A stretch of 64,000 nucleotides of DNA from Octopus bimaculoides (taxonomy: Eukaryota): the NCBI RefSeq assembly GCF_001194135.2, contig NC_068989.1:2800886-2864885 (forward strand). Direction: 5' to 3'. Below the pieces are notes generated by a model. It worked only from the letters and a program-made list of their open reading frames with translations, searched no databases and was not told where the DNA came from. Positions 26,001-38,080 of the stretch are shown here, piece by piece. The position numbers were made by a program, and so were the translations under genes. Each line of letters begins with the position of its first letter. The stretch's first letter is position 1.

Positions 26001-26149
26001 TTTTACATGGCACCAGTGGGGTCACCAAGAGAGGGAGTGGGATGAAGGGAAATGACTGTTGGCCAGGTGAGCGGTTAGAGTATAATAAAGGGACAAAGAT
26101 ATTTGTCTAACAATAGAGATACATGGCTACTCCGGTAGGATGAGGAAGG

Positions 26150-26174
26150 AGAGTTAGAGAAAGATAGAGAGACA

Positions 26175-26264
<90 letters not shown>

Positions 26265-26331
26265 CAGAGTGAGAGAGAGAGAGACAGAGTGAGAGAGAAA
26301 GAGAGAGAGAGAGAGACAGAGTGAGAGAGAC

Positions 26332-26368
<37 letters not shown>
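26150..26368. repeat. Compound (GA)n / GAGACAGAGTGA simple repeat
   Basis: Direct observation. Confidence 0.9.
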
Positions 26369-26372
<4 letters not shown>

Positions 26373-26929
26373 GATGGCATTGGAGATGTATTGGGACTGA
26401 GGTGGGGGATGTTACTTAAGAGTGTAAGGGGAGATGTCTAGGGACGGGGAAGACATAGCTGTAGTAAGTGATGGTGAGAGAAAATGGAGTAGATAGGAAT
26501 GGGAGCATGGTAGATATGTCATGGAGAGTGTGCAGATAGGCACATGTGGGAGAATGGAGGAACCTGCAGTAGGTGGTGATCATAGGTAGTGGGGTGGGGT
26601 GGTGTGGATGTTGGAAAGATGGGTTGTAAGGGTAAGGTAAATCTTCATTGATATTTGGGAACCATTCCTTTTTTGAAATCAATAATTAAGGTCTTGGAAA
26701 AAAGTCATTAAATAAGACGCTAAGTAATTCTCTGTTTAATAATAAATACTTATCCAGGATATTTAATATGATGGTAGGAAAAAAATAATCTAACGAGTCA
26801 TTTAATAAATGTCACAACATTCTATTCTTCTACTCCAATAAATAGGTCTTGTGCATGGTCAAGATGAAAAGGTTAACTGTGAGTATTATGAGAATCTAAG
26901 AGTTGAAGTACATTTGATCAAGGAAAGGC

Positions 26930-26974
<45 letters not shown>

Positions 26975-29454
26975 AATATATATAGAGAAAAAGAGAAATA
27001 GAGAGGTGGTTGCATCTTGTAAAGCATCTTCTGTAATAAAGAAGTAAAAATATATCAGACAAGTATGGTTTGGCAGCCTATGTATTGGAATTGTATTATA
27101 AACTTTATTTCCATTCCTGGATAGCTACTGTGTTCTTTAATCTCTACCAAACAGTTCAATATAGTGATTTCAATCTGACTGCATGACACCTTGAGCAAGT
27201 GTTGTTCTACTATAGCCCCAGGCTGACCAAAGCCTTGTAAGTGGATTTGATAGATAGAAATTGAAAGAAGCCTGTCATATATGTATGAGTGTGTATGTGT
27301 TTGTGTGCATGCATGCACACGCTTGTGTGTGCATGGTGTATGTGTAGGTGAGTATGTACTCCTAGTCATCAACCCTTACGTTTGCTGATTGTAAACAATG
27401 GCCTTGCTGTTTCTGTGCAGACAGCACCCTTTGCTAGCAGTCCACTGTGAAAGCAGGTCAGGCTTCTTGACAAGTCACAATGTTGCATGATCTTTGTAAG
27501 CAAAAGGCTCATTCAAACAGTTTTTGTTTCCACTACTTGGCATAACCATGTGCAAGCTGCTTATTTGATAAACTGGGAGATTATTACCGTGCTTGGAAAC
27601 GAGAGGGATTGCTATCAGAAGGGGTGTCCAGCCACAGAAAACCCTGCTCCAATATATTCATGTCTGATCCATGCATGCATGCAAAAGTAGACATAGAACA
27701 ATGAAGATGATTTGAAGACATTAATGCTTTCAATGTTTCTCCATGCAGGTATGGTCAGATGGTTGTTTGCAGATTACAACTTGCACGTTAACAATTTAAT
27801 GATCATGTGCAATTAAAAAAAAATATTCATAACTAATAGTTCTTGGCAAGAGAAAACAAACAATAATTATTATCTAACTACAAAGACCGAACATCAGCCA
27901 ACATAAGTCTAAAATACCATTAAGAAATTTGAGATATCGTTTTGAAGAAAAGGTCCAAAATACAGTGATTTTGTTGTGGTAAGCTGGAAATAGCTAAGCA
28001 AGCATAGCTGTTTTTGCAGAAATTGATTAAGAAGCAACATAATATTGCAGGAGACAGTCAAGTTGTCCACACAGCTGTTCCATAACAGAATATCATTAAT
28101 AATGTTTTAGAGTTAACAAGACTAAATATATGGAAGATAAATGAATTTATAAAATGGGTAAAAAAAAAACAAAAAACATGAAAGCTTGCTAAATCAATGA
28201 AACAAGACCAAAAGAGTTAAAATTTTTGTAAGTGGCTAATTTAACTGACTGACTGAATAGCTACATTTGATGTTTAATAGAATGTATGATGTGTACACAA
28301 TTTACTACTAGCCTGTCCCTGGTGAGTAAATAGTAATAACATATTCAAGCCAACTAAACAGGTCGTCAATGAAAACACAAAAGCTTTGCAATTTATTTTG
28401 TATATACAAATAAATGAAAAAAAGTTCTGATGAAAAAATTTGAAAATGTATATTATGCTAATAGTGTTAATCTTTATCTCCTCAATATAGACACATAAGC
28501 TACTTAAAATATTGGAAAAAATACCATGCTTAAATGGACCGTTTGCGTCTAATTGACAATTCCGCTTATAAAGCAATGCATAAATTATGCAATTTCTCAC
28601 ACTGTCCTAATACTTCAAGTAATTCAAGAAAAAGAAAAAAAAAAAAAAAAAAAAAAAAAAAAGAAAAAAAACATAAGATTGTCATTAATTAAATCCTGAG
28701 AACCCTTTGAAAATGTATTATTTGTAAAATTAATATTCTGTTTTGACTATAGAGTAAGAAAAATTAAAACCCATCTTTTGACTGATGTTACTGTATTGTA
28801 GAAACATAAAGGCACTCTTCCCACCTGCTTGCATCTGTTAGATTTGCAAAATGCAACATGAATTCCACCTTAGAGTACTTTTACTACAGAGACAGCTACA
28901 ATTAAAACCAAAACTTAAACTGCAAAAGTACTTGTAGAATGAAATACTGCTTCCATAATTTCTGAGCTTGTCTACAGTAGAACGCGCGCATGTGTGTGTA
29001 TGTGGATACAGTGATATATTGAACTATATGTGAATTAATATAAAGACAATAACATACTTATTTTTAAAATAATTTTAGACTGAAGTGAAAGTATCAATAT
29101 ATTTATACTTCTTACATTTGTGAAGTAACTGTAATGCAACTTATCAATGAAAAGAATTTTGATAAAATATAACAAAAGCAAATATGGAACTCTTAAGAAA
29201 ATAATTAAAAGCATGAAATCAAAAACATTTGATGAAAATTTTGTAAACACACTCACACACATATGCAAGAGTAACATTAAAAAATATAAAAAGTGAGACT
29301 ATCGTCAGAAAATAATATTTACATGTTCTGTTGCAGCAAGATGGAAAATTGACGACAGCAGTCAATATTGAAGCCTCTCTGGAAACTGTAGTATTCTTTC
29401 AAGCAGAATAGGATAACCGCAAACTACTATCAGATATATATGTATATGTATATG

Positions 29455-29485
<31 letters not shown>

Positions 29486-29959
29486 TTAAGGAGACGAGTT
29501 GTAAGTCAATCAATCAGCTCTTGAAATTAGAATCAAGCAGTAAACAGACAGACAATGAGACTACTGAGAGCAATGAATTAAATTTTAAATGGAAGCCATC
29601 ACAGGTGTCGAAATTGTCTGAAAAGATTTCATAACTTCCCATAAAAAGAGTGAGAGAAGAGGGGAAAGGGGAAAAGAAAGAAGAAAGGCTGTAAATTGAT
29701 CCGGGGAGGCAAAGTTAGATATAAAGTGGAATAAATGACTCAAAGTTTTCAGAAAAATCAGCATTTCATTATCATTTCAGGTTTAACCCTAAAATAAGGG
29801 AGCTTAGAAACTGCTGCCATTCAAACTTTTGTATCACTGTAATTTGTTTAAAACTAGACGCACATACAGACACAAACATGAAACAGGGGAATATAATGAG
29901 CTGGCTGTCATGATATTGCACCACTAGGTGAGCAGCATGGCACTTGTGATAATACACCT

Positions 29960-31501
29960 CTAGGTTAGCAGCAGGCTTGCTGCGATGTAACATTACTCAG
30001 CAGCAAGATTTTGCAATGTTGCATTACTCAGTTAGCATCAAAGATGTCATGATGTTGCATTTACTCAGCTTGCTGTGATGTTGCATTACTAAGTTAGCAG
30101 CAAGCTTGCTGCGATGTTGCATTACTAGGTTAGCAGCAAGCTTGCTGCGATGTTGCATTACTAGGTTAGCAGCAAGCTTGCTGCAATGTTGCATTACTAA
30201 GTTTGCAGCAGGCTTGCTGTAATGTTGCATTACTACGTTAGCAGCAGGCTTGCTGTGATGTTGCATTACTACGTTAGCAGCAAGCTTGCTGTAATGTTGC
30301 ATTACTACGTTAGCAGCAGGCTTGCTGTAATGTTGCATTACTACGTTAGCAGCAGGCTTGCTGTAATGTTGCATTACTACGTTAGCAGCANNNNNNNNNN
30401 NNNNNNNNNNNNNNNNNNNNNNNNNNNNNNNNNNNNNNNNNNNNNNNNNNNNNNNNNNNNNNNNNNNNNNNNNNNNNNNNNNNNNNNNNNNNNNNNNNNN
30501 NNNNNNNNNNNNNNNNNNNNNNNNNNNNNNNNNNNNNNNNNNNNNNNNNNNNNNNNNNNNNNNNNNNNNNNNNNNNNNNNNNNNNNNNNNNNNNNNNNNN
30601 NNNNNNNNNNNNNNNNNNNNNNNNNNNNNNNNNNNNNNNNNNNNNNNNNNNNNNNNNNNNNNNNNNNNNNNNNNNNNNNNNNNNNNNNNNNNNNNNNNNN
30701 NNNNNNNNNNNNNNNNNNNNNNNNNNNNNNNNNNNNNNNNNNNNNNNNNNNNNNNNNNNNNNNNNNNNNNNNNNNNNNNNNNNNNNNNNNNNNNNNNNNN
30801 NNNNNNNNNNNNNNNNNNNNNNNNNNNNNNNNNNNNNNNNNNNNNNNNNNNNNNNNNNNNNNNNNNNNNNNNNNNNNNNNNNNNNNNNNNNNNNNNNNNN
30901 NNNNNNNNNNNNNNNNNNNNNNNNNNNNNNNNNNNNNNNNNNNNNNNNNNNNNNNNNNNNNNNNNNNNNNNNNNNNNNNNNNNNNNNNNNNNNNNNNNNN
31001 NNNNNNNNNNNNNNNNNNNNNNNNNNNNNNNNNNNNNNNNNNNNNNNNNNNNNNNNNNNNNNNNNNNNNNNNNNNNNNNNNNNNNNNNNNNNNNNNNNNN
31101 NNNNNNNNNNNNNNNNNNNNNNNNNNNNNNNNNNNNNNNGTTAGCAGCAGGCTTGCTGTGATGTTGCATTACTACGTTAGCAGCAGGCTTGCTGTGATGT
31201 TGCATTACTACGTTAGCAGCAAGCTTGCTGTGATGTTGCATTACTACGTTAGCAGCAGGCTTGCTGTAATGTTGCATTACTACGTTAGCAGCAGGCTTGC
31301 TGTAATGTTGCATTACTACGTTAGCAGCAAGCTTGCTGTGATGTTGCATTACTACGTTAGCAGCAAGCTTGCTGTGATGTTGCATTACTACGTTAGCAGT
31401 AAGATTGTTGCAACACTGCATTACTAAGATAGCCACAAGATTGTTGCAACATTACATTACTAAGATAGCATCAAAGATGTCATGACGTTGCATTTACTCA
31501 G
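29960..31501. repeat. 36-bp minisatellite (GTTAGCAGCA[A/G]GCTTGCTGT[A/G]ATGTTGCATTACTAC) spanning an N gap (30391-31139)
   Basis: Units visible on both sides of the gap; 12-aa periodicity in the ORF track; degenerate units at both edges. Confidence 0.95.
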
Positions 31502-33292
31502 TGAGCCAGTACCTCATACTTATCAGAGCTGGTTGGTTTGATATCACCACTAATCACACAGCTCCAGCTCATTTCTCTCACCTTCTCTCATCAATCATAA
31601 TATATTCACTCATCCATGCATTAACTATTATGCCTGGTCCTTCCTTTCAGAATATAGATGTTGCCCATGGTTTTCCAGCAGCTGTCAACCTGCAACTGTT
31701 TAAGGGAAAAAGTCACTTCATCATTTGCTCTGGCCCCTACAGGTCCACATAGGCCATTGATACAGGCTCTGTTCCAATCATAAAAGCAATGGTTTTTATG
31801 GCTGGGGTGGAGCCTCTTCTGAATACTGTTAGGAGTGCCAGATTTCCTAAATGTAGTGTTTTCACTATAACTGAGAAATAAATACATAGTCAGGCCACTA
31901 AGATAATCTATTTATCCAATCATTCAGTATTTCATTTGTTTATTGTGCAGATAGCAAACAATAGTGTTATCAGTCACAGATTCCCAAAACCCATCTGCTG
32001 GTTCACTGCGTTTCTGACAATAAGACTGATAAGAGATTGTCTAAACTAACATAGAATAAATATCCCAAGGGGATTCATTTGTGAAGCATTATTTTTTTGT
32101 TTTTCTCACTAATACCAGTAGAATATATAGCTTTCTTTTGAGCTCTAGGACTACAAATATAGAGGGCTGTGTGGTTAGGGTATTGCACCCATAGCATTAT
32201 ATTGTCCACAAAATGCACAATATAAAAAATAATATCTGAATTCATCATCATAATCGTTTAACATCGGTCTGCCATGCATGCATGGGTAGGACTGTTGACA
32301 GGAACCAGCCAGGTAGGAAACTACCTTAGGCTACTATGTCTGTTTTGGGAGGGTTTTTACAACTGGATGCCCTTCCTATCACCAACCAATCTGCAGAGTG
32401 GACTCAATGCTTTTTTACGTGGCACCAGCACAGGTGAGGTTAGTTTTGGCATGATTTATACAGCTGGATGCCCTTCCAAATGCCAACCACTTTACAGTGT
32501 GGACTGGATACATTTTATGTGGCACAAACACTGGCAGGGTCATCAAATAACTTGCAAGACAAGGAATTATGAGAGGGGCAGGAGCATTTGAGGAGAGAAA
32601 CTTAAGATGAAAGGTTAGTGTGACACAAAGACAGAGAGGCAAAAACAGGTGTCTTGCTATAATGGAAGGGGCATCGATTTTGTAAACATTTGATTCAGCT
32701 TATTGAGATTATTGTTGTGCATGGGATGAGCTAAGTTAAAGATTATAGTTTACTAGGCTTCCTATAGTTACATCTTAAATAGCAAGCTGTTGTTTTATTG
32801 GTTGGGCCATTGCACGGAAGAGAACTGTCTCGTGAAAAGTCAATATTATTTAGGTTTTTTTTCCCCATAATTGAAGCAAATTTGAATTTGATAAGATCAA
32901 GTATACCATATAAATAGAATATTCATTTTCCCATTCCAAGTATAGTCTTTAATATTCAAATTTAACAACTCGTATATAGCTATTTCAAATTTACTTGAAT
33001 CTCATCAGAATAAGGTAATTGAGGATTTCTTATTACTGTAGTCAATGGCATACAAGATGGCACTTTTCAAGAAAAAAAAAAAAAAAACCACCCTGGAGTC
33101 TATAGGCAAAGTCGAACCATTTATAAGCTCTAATGCACTTAAATTGGGGTACCCATGTATCTTTTATGCTATCAAATATGATATACTATAATATTTTGCT
33201 ACATGGAGATAGAAAGAAAATTTTAGTAAAGAGAGAAGATATATGAAAGCCTTTCACCAGTTATTGGTTTTTTGGTCATAGTTCATTAGTTG

Positions 33293-33344
<52 letters not shown>

Positions 33345-34439
33345 TGGAAGTAATCTAAATTTACATACAGTCTAAGAAGAACAGTCTCATTTAAGTAGAA
33401 ATGTGCATAAAAATATAGAAATGAAAAATGTTATAGCTTCTATTTTTATCGCCAATACAAACATTAATCTATAATATCAATAGTGTCCAGCTGTCGACTG
33501 GCATTCCAGCCACAACCGTTTCACCATCTTTCTTGGCATATTGTATCTAGGATAAATTTATCCTGAATATTTAACCATTCTGAACACAGAACCATCGCAA
33601 AACACTGACGTAAGCGAGAACATCCTACTGTACTAAGTTTAACTTTTTAGCATATAACCTAGCCATATCCGGCCCAAATATTCTACCTCTTCTATGTTCA
33701 AATTGGCCAGGTCTGGCCTGCAATGTCATTCTAAAATATAAACAGTCACATCATCAAAATCTTGGAGCTACAAGATAATGCAAGATTAATTCAAATAAAA
33801 GTTTGGCTAAGCAAAAATTATATCTGTTAACACAGTGTGTTACATAAAACTTTGGTAATGTATCCTCTTGTATCAAGACAATATAAGCAGGGATCAAAGA
33901 TTCTTCAGGTAAGACCAAAGTTATGACAACACGACATAAATGACTGCCTAGCCCTAATAAAATTGCAATAAGCAGTGCTGCCAACTGATACCTGGGCCAG
34001 CAGATGCAACTACAGTAGGGGTAGAAACCAGCACAAACTACTTTACTTTGAGTAGTCAGCTGCTAAATTGCTAGATGCTGCACAATTTTTTTTTTTTTGT
34101 ATCTTCACCTTTTGTTTTCTCTTTTGCGTACTGCAATATCTTGGGTCCTACCTTAAGACCATTGATCCCAGCTTTGTTCTGACATCTGAGGCTACATTAC
34201 TGAAACTCAATGTACTGCATGTGTGTTAAGAGGAAAGAGTCTTCTTCCTTGGCCAAACTGGTCTTGAGTTAAACGCTTTTCTTAACTTCTGTTTCATTTA
34301 CTTTGAGTGTAAAATTAAAAGCAAAGCAAAAAATTGTTTTTTCTTTTAATTTCATGAAATACTTAACACTGCATACTTGCTGTACTGAGAATCTGCCTCT
34401 GTTCTCTAATTGTGATTTTATGTTGTTAATTATTTCTTG

Positions 34440-34585
34440 CTTTGTGATCATGTGGATTTTGGGTTCAGTTCCACTAGGTGGCACTTTGGGTAAGTGTCTT
34501 CTACTATAGTCCCAGGCTGAACAATGCCCTGTAAGGGAATTTGGTAGATGGAAACTGTGTGTGTGTGTGTGTGTGTGCATGTATG

Positions 34586-34643
<58 letters not shown>

Positions 34644-34770
34644 TGTCCACTCCTTCCACCACCTGACAATTGGTGTTGTTTTGTTTATATCCTTGTAGCT
34701 TAGCAGTTTGGCAAAAGAGACTGATAGAATAAGTACCAAACCTTAAAAAATAAGTGCTGGGGGCAATTTG
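34440..34770 (+). mobile_element. tRNA-derived SINE with internal (GT)n (family also at about 17420, 21470, 27160, 44490, 58630, 59540, 60830)
   Basis: gggttcagttccact...ggcactttgggtaagtgtcttctactatag motif, (GT)n at about 34555-34641, tail agagactgatagaataagtacc. Confidence 0.75.
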
Positions 34771-34783
34771 ATTGACTAAAACA

Positions 34784-34821
<38 letters not shown>

Positions 34822-37800
34822 TCTTTCCACTTCCCAGTTTCTCTGCTTGTTCCGATGTGTGCCCAAACCAAAGCAACACCACCCAGAGAAACCTCAAACT
34901 TGCCTGCACTCCCAATATCCATTACAGGATATTGTTGCAACATGCTATTCTTGAAATTAAAGTTCTCGTTCAACTTTCCTGTTTATCTTTCCAAGATAAT
35001 GAAATAAGTACCAGTATTATACACTGGAATTAAGTAATTAGAGACATTGTCTCTGTAAGAAATTAATAAAGATTGCAAAGAAATGACATGTTAATGAGAA
35101 TGATAAGCAGACTGGAAGGTAGAATTTGTGTTAGAGATATCCCATGCACTAATAAAGGTTATGATGACATGATTCAAAGGTTAAGGTAATTTACCCATAA
35201 TTTGATTAATTTGATAGAATTTAGCTCTCATATAAAGCTACAGTTATCTAGATGAAGAGAAAAGCTACATCACTAATCAGAAACTAAAATTAATAGTAAC
35301 ATAACTGTCTTGTATGAATGAAGCTTCTGGCTAATTTTCTTCGTGATAATTAGGGTAATTTGGAAATATTTAACTCTTGATACCATCTCTGGTTCCATTA
35401 TACACAATTTCTTGTTTTAAAATATTCATATTTAGATTAAAACATTCCATATAAATTTTATTGTAAGAATTATTCATGTTCTATGCAGTGAGTAAATAAT
35501 GAAAACATTTGACTAAATATTACTAAATTCTTACGTGAATAGTGTGTAAGATTTTGAGTAAAATACCTTTTTTTTTAAGGTACAGGTTAAACTACAAAAT
35601 AAATAAATAAAACTTCATAATAAGAAAAATAAATCCAAGTAATTTTTTGTGATAATTTTATAATCCGTTAGATAAGAAATCTTAGAAACATATAGAGAGA
35701 AAATATGAAGAAGAACAGATCAGAAAATGTAAAAAAGTTATTAAATACAGATGGACTAGTAGGATGAGGATATAAATGTGATTGAAACAAAGTTTCTAAA
35801 AGGCAATATTCTATTAGAATGAATAGAAAAGTGCCTCAGGAAATATTTTTTCTCCTCTTTTCACAGTATTTGCAATAAATTGGTCTAAGAAAAAAATAAG
35901 ATCATTTTATAGATTATCTCTAATATATAATAAATGAATATCCAAGATGAATATAATAAAAAGATGGAATAGAAGTTTGCTTGCTAGTTAGCCAGTTGGT
36001 AATTTACTTAGCTATTCCTCCTCTTACTATTCTGTAGTGAGTTATAGCCAGCCAGAAAATGATAAGGTTCTGTTTATCAAGGCAAAAGATATGCTGCTGC
36101 AGACAGCCTAACTTTATGATCAAAACCCACCTTTATGTTACTCGGGTGAGAACATCTTGTATTGCAACTTACCAAATCTATGAATAGCTTAGCACTATTT
36201 TGACAATGGAGGTACATAACCTAGAATATGTGTGTGTGTGAGAGAGAGAGTATGTGTGTGTTCAAAGCAATGAATTAAGAAAACCCAATATATACAAGAA
36301 TCTGTACTTTAGAGAAAATTTACTTCAGACTGTTTGTAAAATACACATAGCTACAGTCGAACAGAATGATTTAGAAAAATTACTTTTCTAACAGAAGTGA
36401 TAAAATAGAATAACCAAGTCATCCACAGAAAGTAAATATTTCAAATTTAATGTTTCCATGTTATTTATTTTTTCTGCCCTTTTTTTTTTATATGTTGGAT
36501 TAAGAACGTTCCTATAAAATATTGTAAGACAGTGAAGTTATTAAATTAACATCCTAAGATTCTCTAGCTTTGACAACATTTTCATGCAACACACACACAC
36601 ACACACACACACACAGGTTTACTTATCTATCTATCTAAATAAACAAATTTATAAGACAAATTAAATAAGAGATTTGCAATGAAACATTTGTAAAGTAACT
36701 ACAATCTCAAAATCTCAAACACTAAAATTTTTATTGGGTGTAAGTTTACAATTACAATTTGAATAAGTTACAACCTGATTGACTGAAATCTGTTACAATC
36801 TATAATTAATATCAATAGGACTAAGGGATTAACACAGAAGACGCTTAACTAGACTAGCTACTTTGCTGTAGCCAATATAGAGTATCACATTTCTAAGTTC
36901 AAACTCTGCCAAGGTAATAATACATTGAGATTGTAGAAGAGAGAGAGAGAGAAATATAAAAATAAAGAGAAACACTGAAGGCATTATATGTTATATAAGT
37001 TTGAAATGTACAAAATAATTCAGTCCTGGTGTATTTTCAATGGTGTTTGAATGAAATGTCAATAGTTTAAATATTTCAACAATGGGAAGAGTTTTAAGCC
37101 GATAAGGGAAAATATGCAGTTGTTGGAATTTAAAAGAATCTCAGCACGACTATCCTTTTATGAAACGTAAATAAGAGGATAGGAAATGTGAGAAGAGAAA
37201 AAGATTGACAAAGTAGCAACAGCAAACGCTTATGATAATCTGAATGGTCAATAACCGAAAGGTCCCATAAAGCACATCAATAAATATCAGTCTAAAAGCA
37301 TTCAATTGTGATGCAGAATATTACATCACTATACTAAAAAGAAAGAAAGGAAAAGAAAATATATATAGAGTAATACCATAATTTACCACCCACAAACACT
37401 GGAGACTTTTCTAAAATATTAATTATTGTTACATTTATAATTTTAAAATATTGATCCCAATCTGTTATGCAGCAATTTCTAAACAGTATTGCCATTAATC
37501 TAACCAATATTATTACAAACATGAAACCAAGAATTATTCAATATCTTAACTAAGAAAATAATAATTTTACAGGACAATAAAGTTGCCAACATATCTAACA
37601 TGTAAACATCAATATTGTACGGATGTTTTGTTAAAGCAAGCAACATACAGTGCAGCTGTAGTATTCCACTGTTGTTAACAGACGAGGATAGAAAGAAAAA
37701 CTAATGCAGAATAAGACGTAGAAACTAACATAGCAATCAGTAAGAAGAGAAGTAATATTCTACACTGGCAATCGACTGGTCACCTGCTTGTAGCATATGA

Positions 37801-37980
37801 CAGATAAGGTGAGTGGGAGGGAAGGAGAAAGAGAAAAAAAAAAACAATGAGTGAGAGATGAGAGAGAACTAAGAGAAAAGATGATGAAACTAGTCAATGA
37901 AAGTTAAGACAGAAAAAGCATATTAACTAATAATAAATAAACATTCTGGAACTAAAGAGGAACTCCTGTTATTAGCCTAC

Positions 37981-38080
37981 CTTGTTCATAATCCAGTACA
38001 CTAGGTGGATGGTCTTCTTCAGAAGCCTTTTCGGTAATAAATTTGAGGATACCCTTACATATTATTACCAGCACTGCCAT
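37981..38080 (-). CDS. PRKAG: Candidate alternative initiating exon MAVLVIICKGILKFITEKASEEDHPPSVLDYEQ(D)
   Basis: ATG in strong context (aaatcATGG) with an in-frame TAA just upstream; 33 open codons plus 1 nt; donor CAAG|gtaggc in phase 1, matching exon 20559; pyrimidine-rich acceptor near 38113. Confidence 0.6.

Noticed and set aside
30024-31436. 470-aa and 401-aa ORFs on opposite strands
   Set aside because: They are translations of a stop-free 36-bp minisatellite plus an N gap; no splice sites link them to the gene.
29960-31501. CRISPR-like array (36-bp palindromic repeat)
   Set aside because: Units are contiguous with no unique spacers, no cas genes, and the context is eukaryotic.
31621-31887. 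Minus-strand ORF behind a strong-looking acceptor at about 31870
   Set aside because: All frames stop without a compatible donor, and there is no recognisable homology.
34269-35033. Cluster of overlapping His/Thr- or Cys/Val-rich ORFs (also near 26075, 53900 and 54300)
   Set aside because: Artefacts of (CA)n/(GT)n/(GA)n microsatellites within SINEs.
36173-36220. 48-nt exon-like segment VMYLHCQNSAKLFIDL with a good donor
   Set aside because: Phase 0/0 does not fit between the phase-1 exit of 42342 and the phase-1 entry of 20559; acceptor is weak.
37740-37815. Strong plus-strand donor AAG|GTGAGT suggesting an antisense exon
   Set aside because: No matching acceptor, ORF or other plus-strand exons were found.
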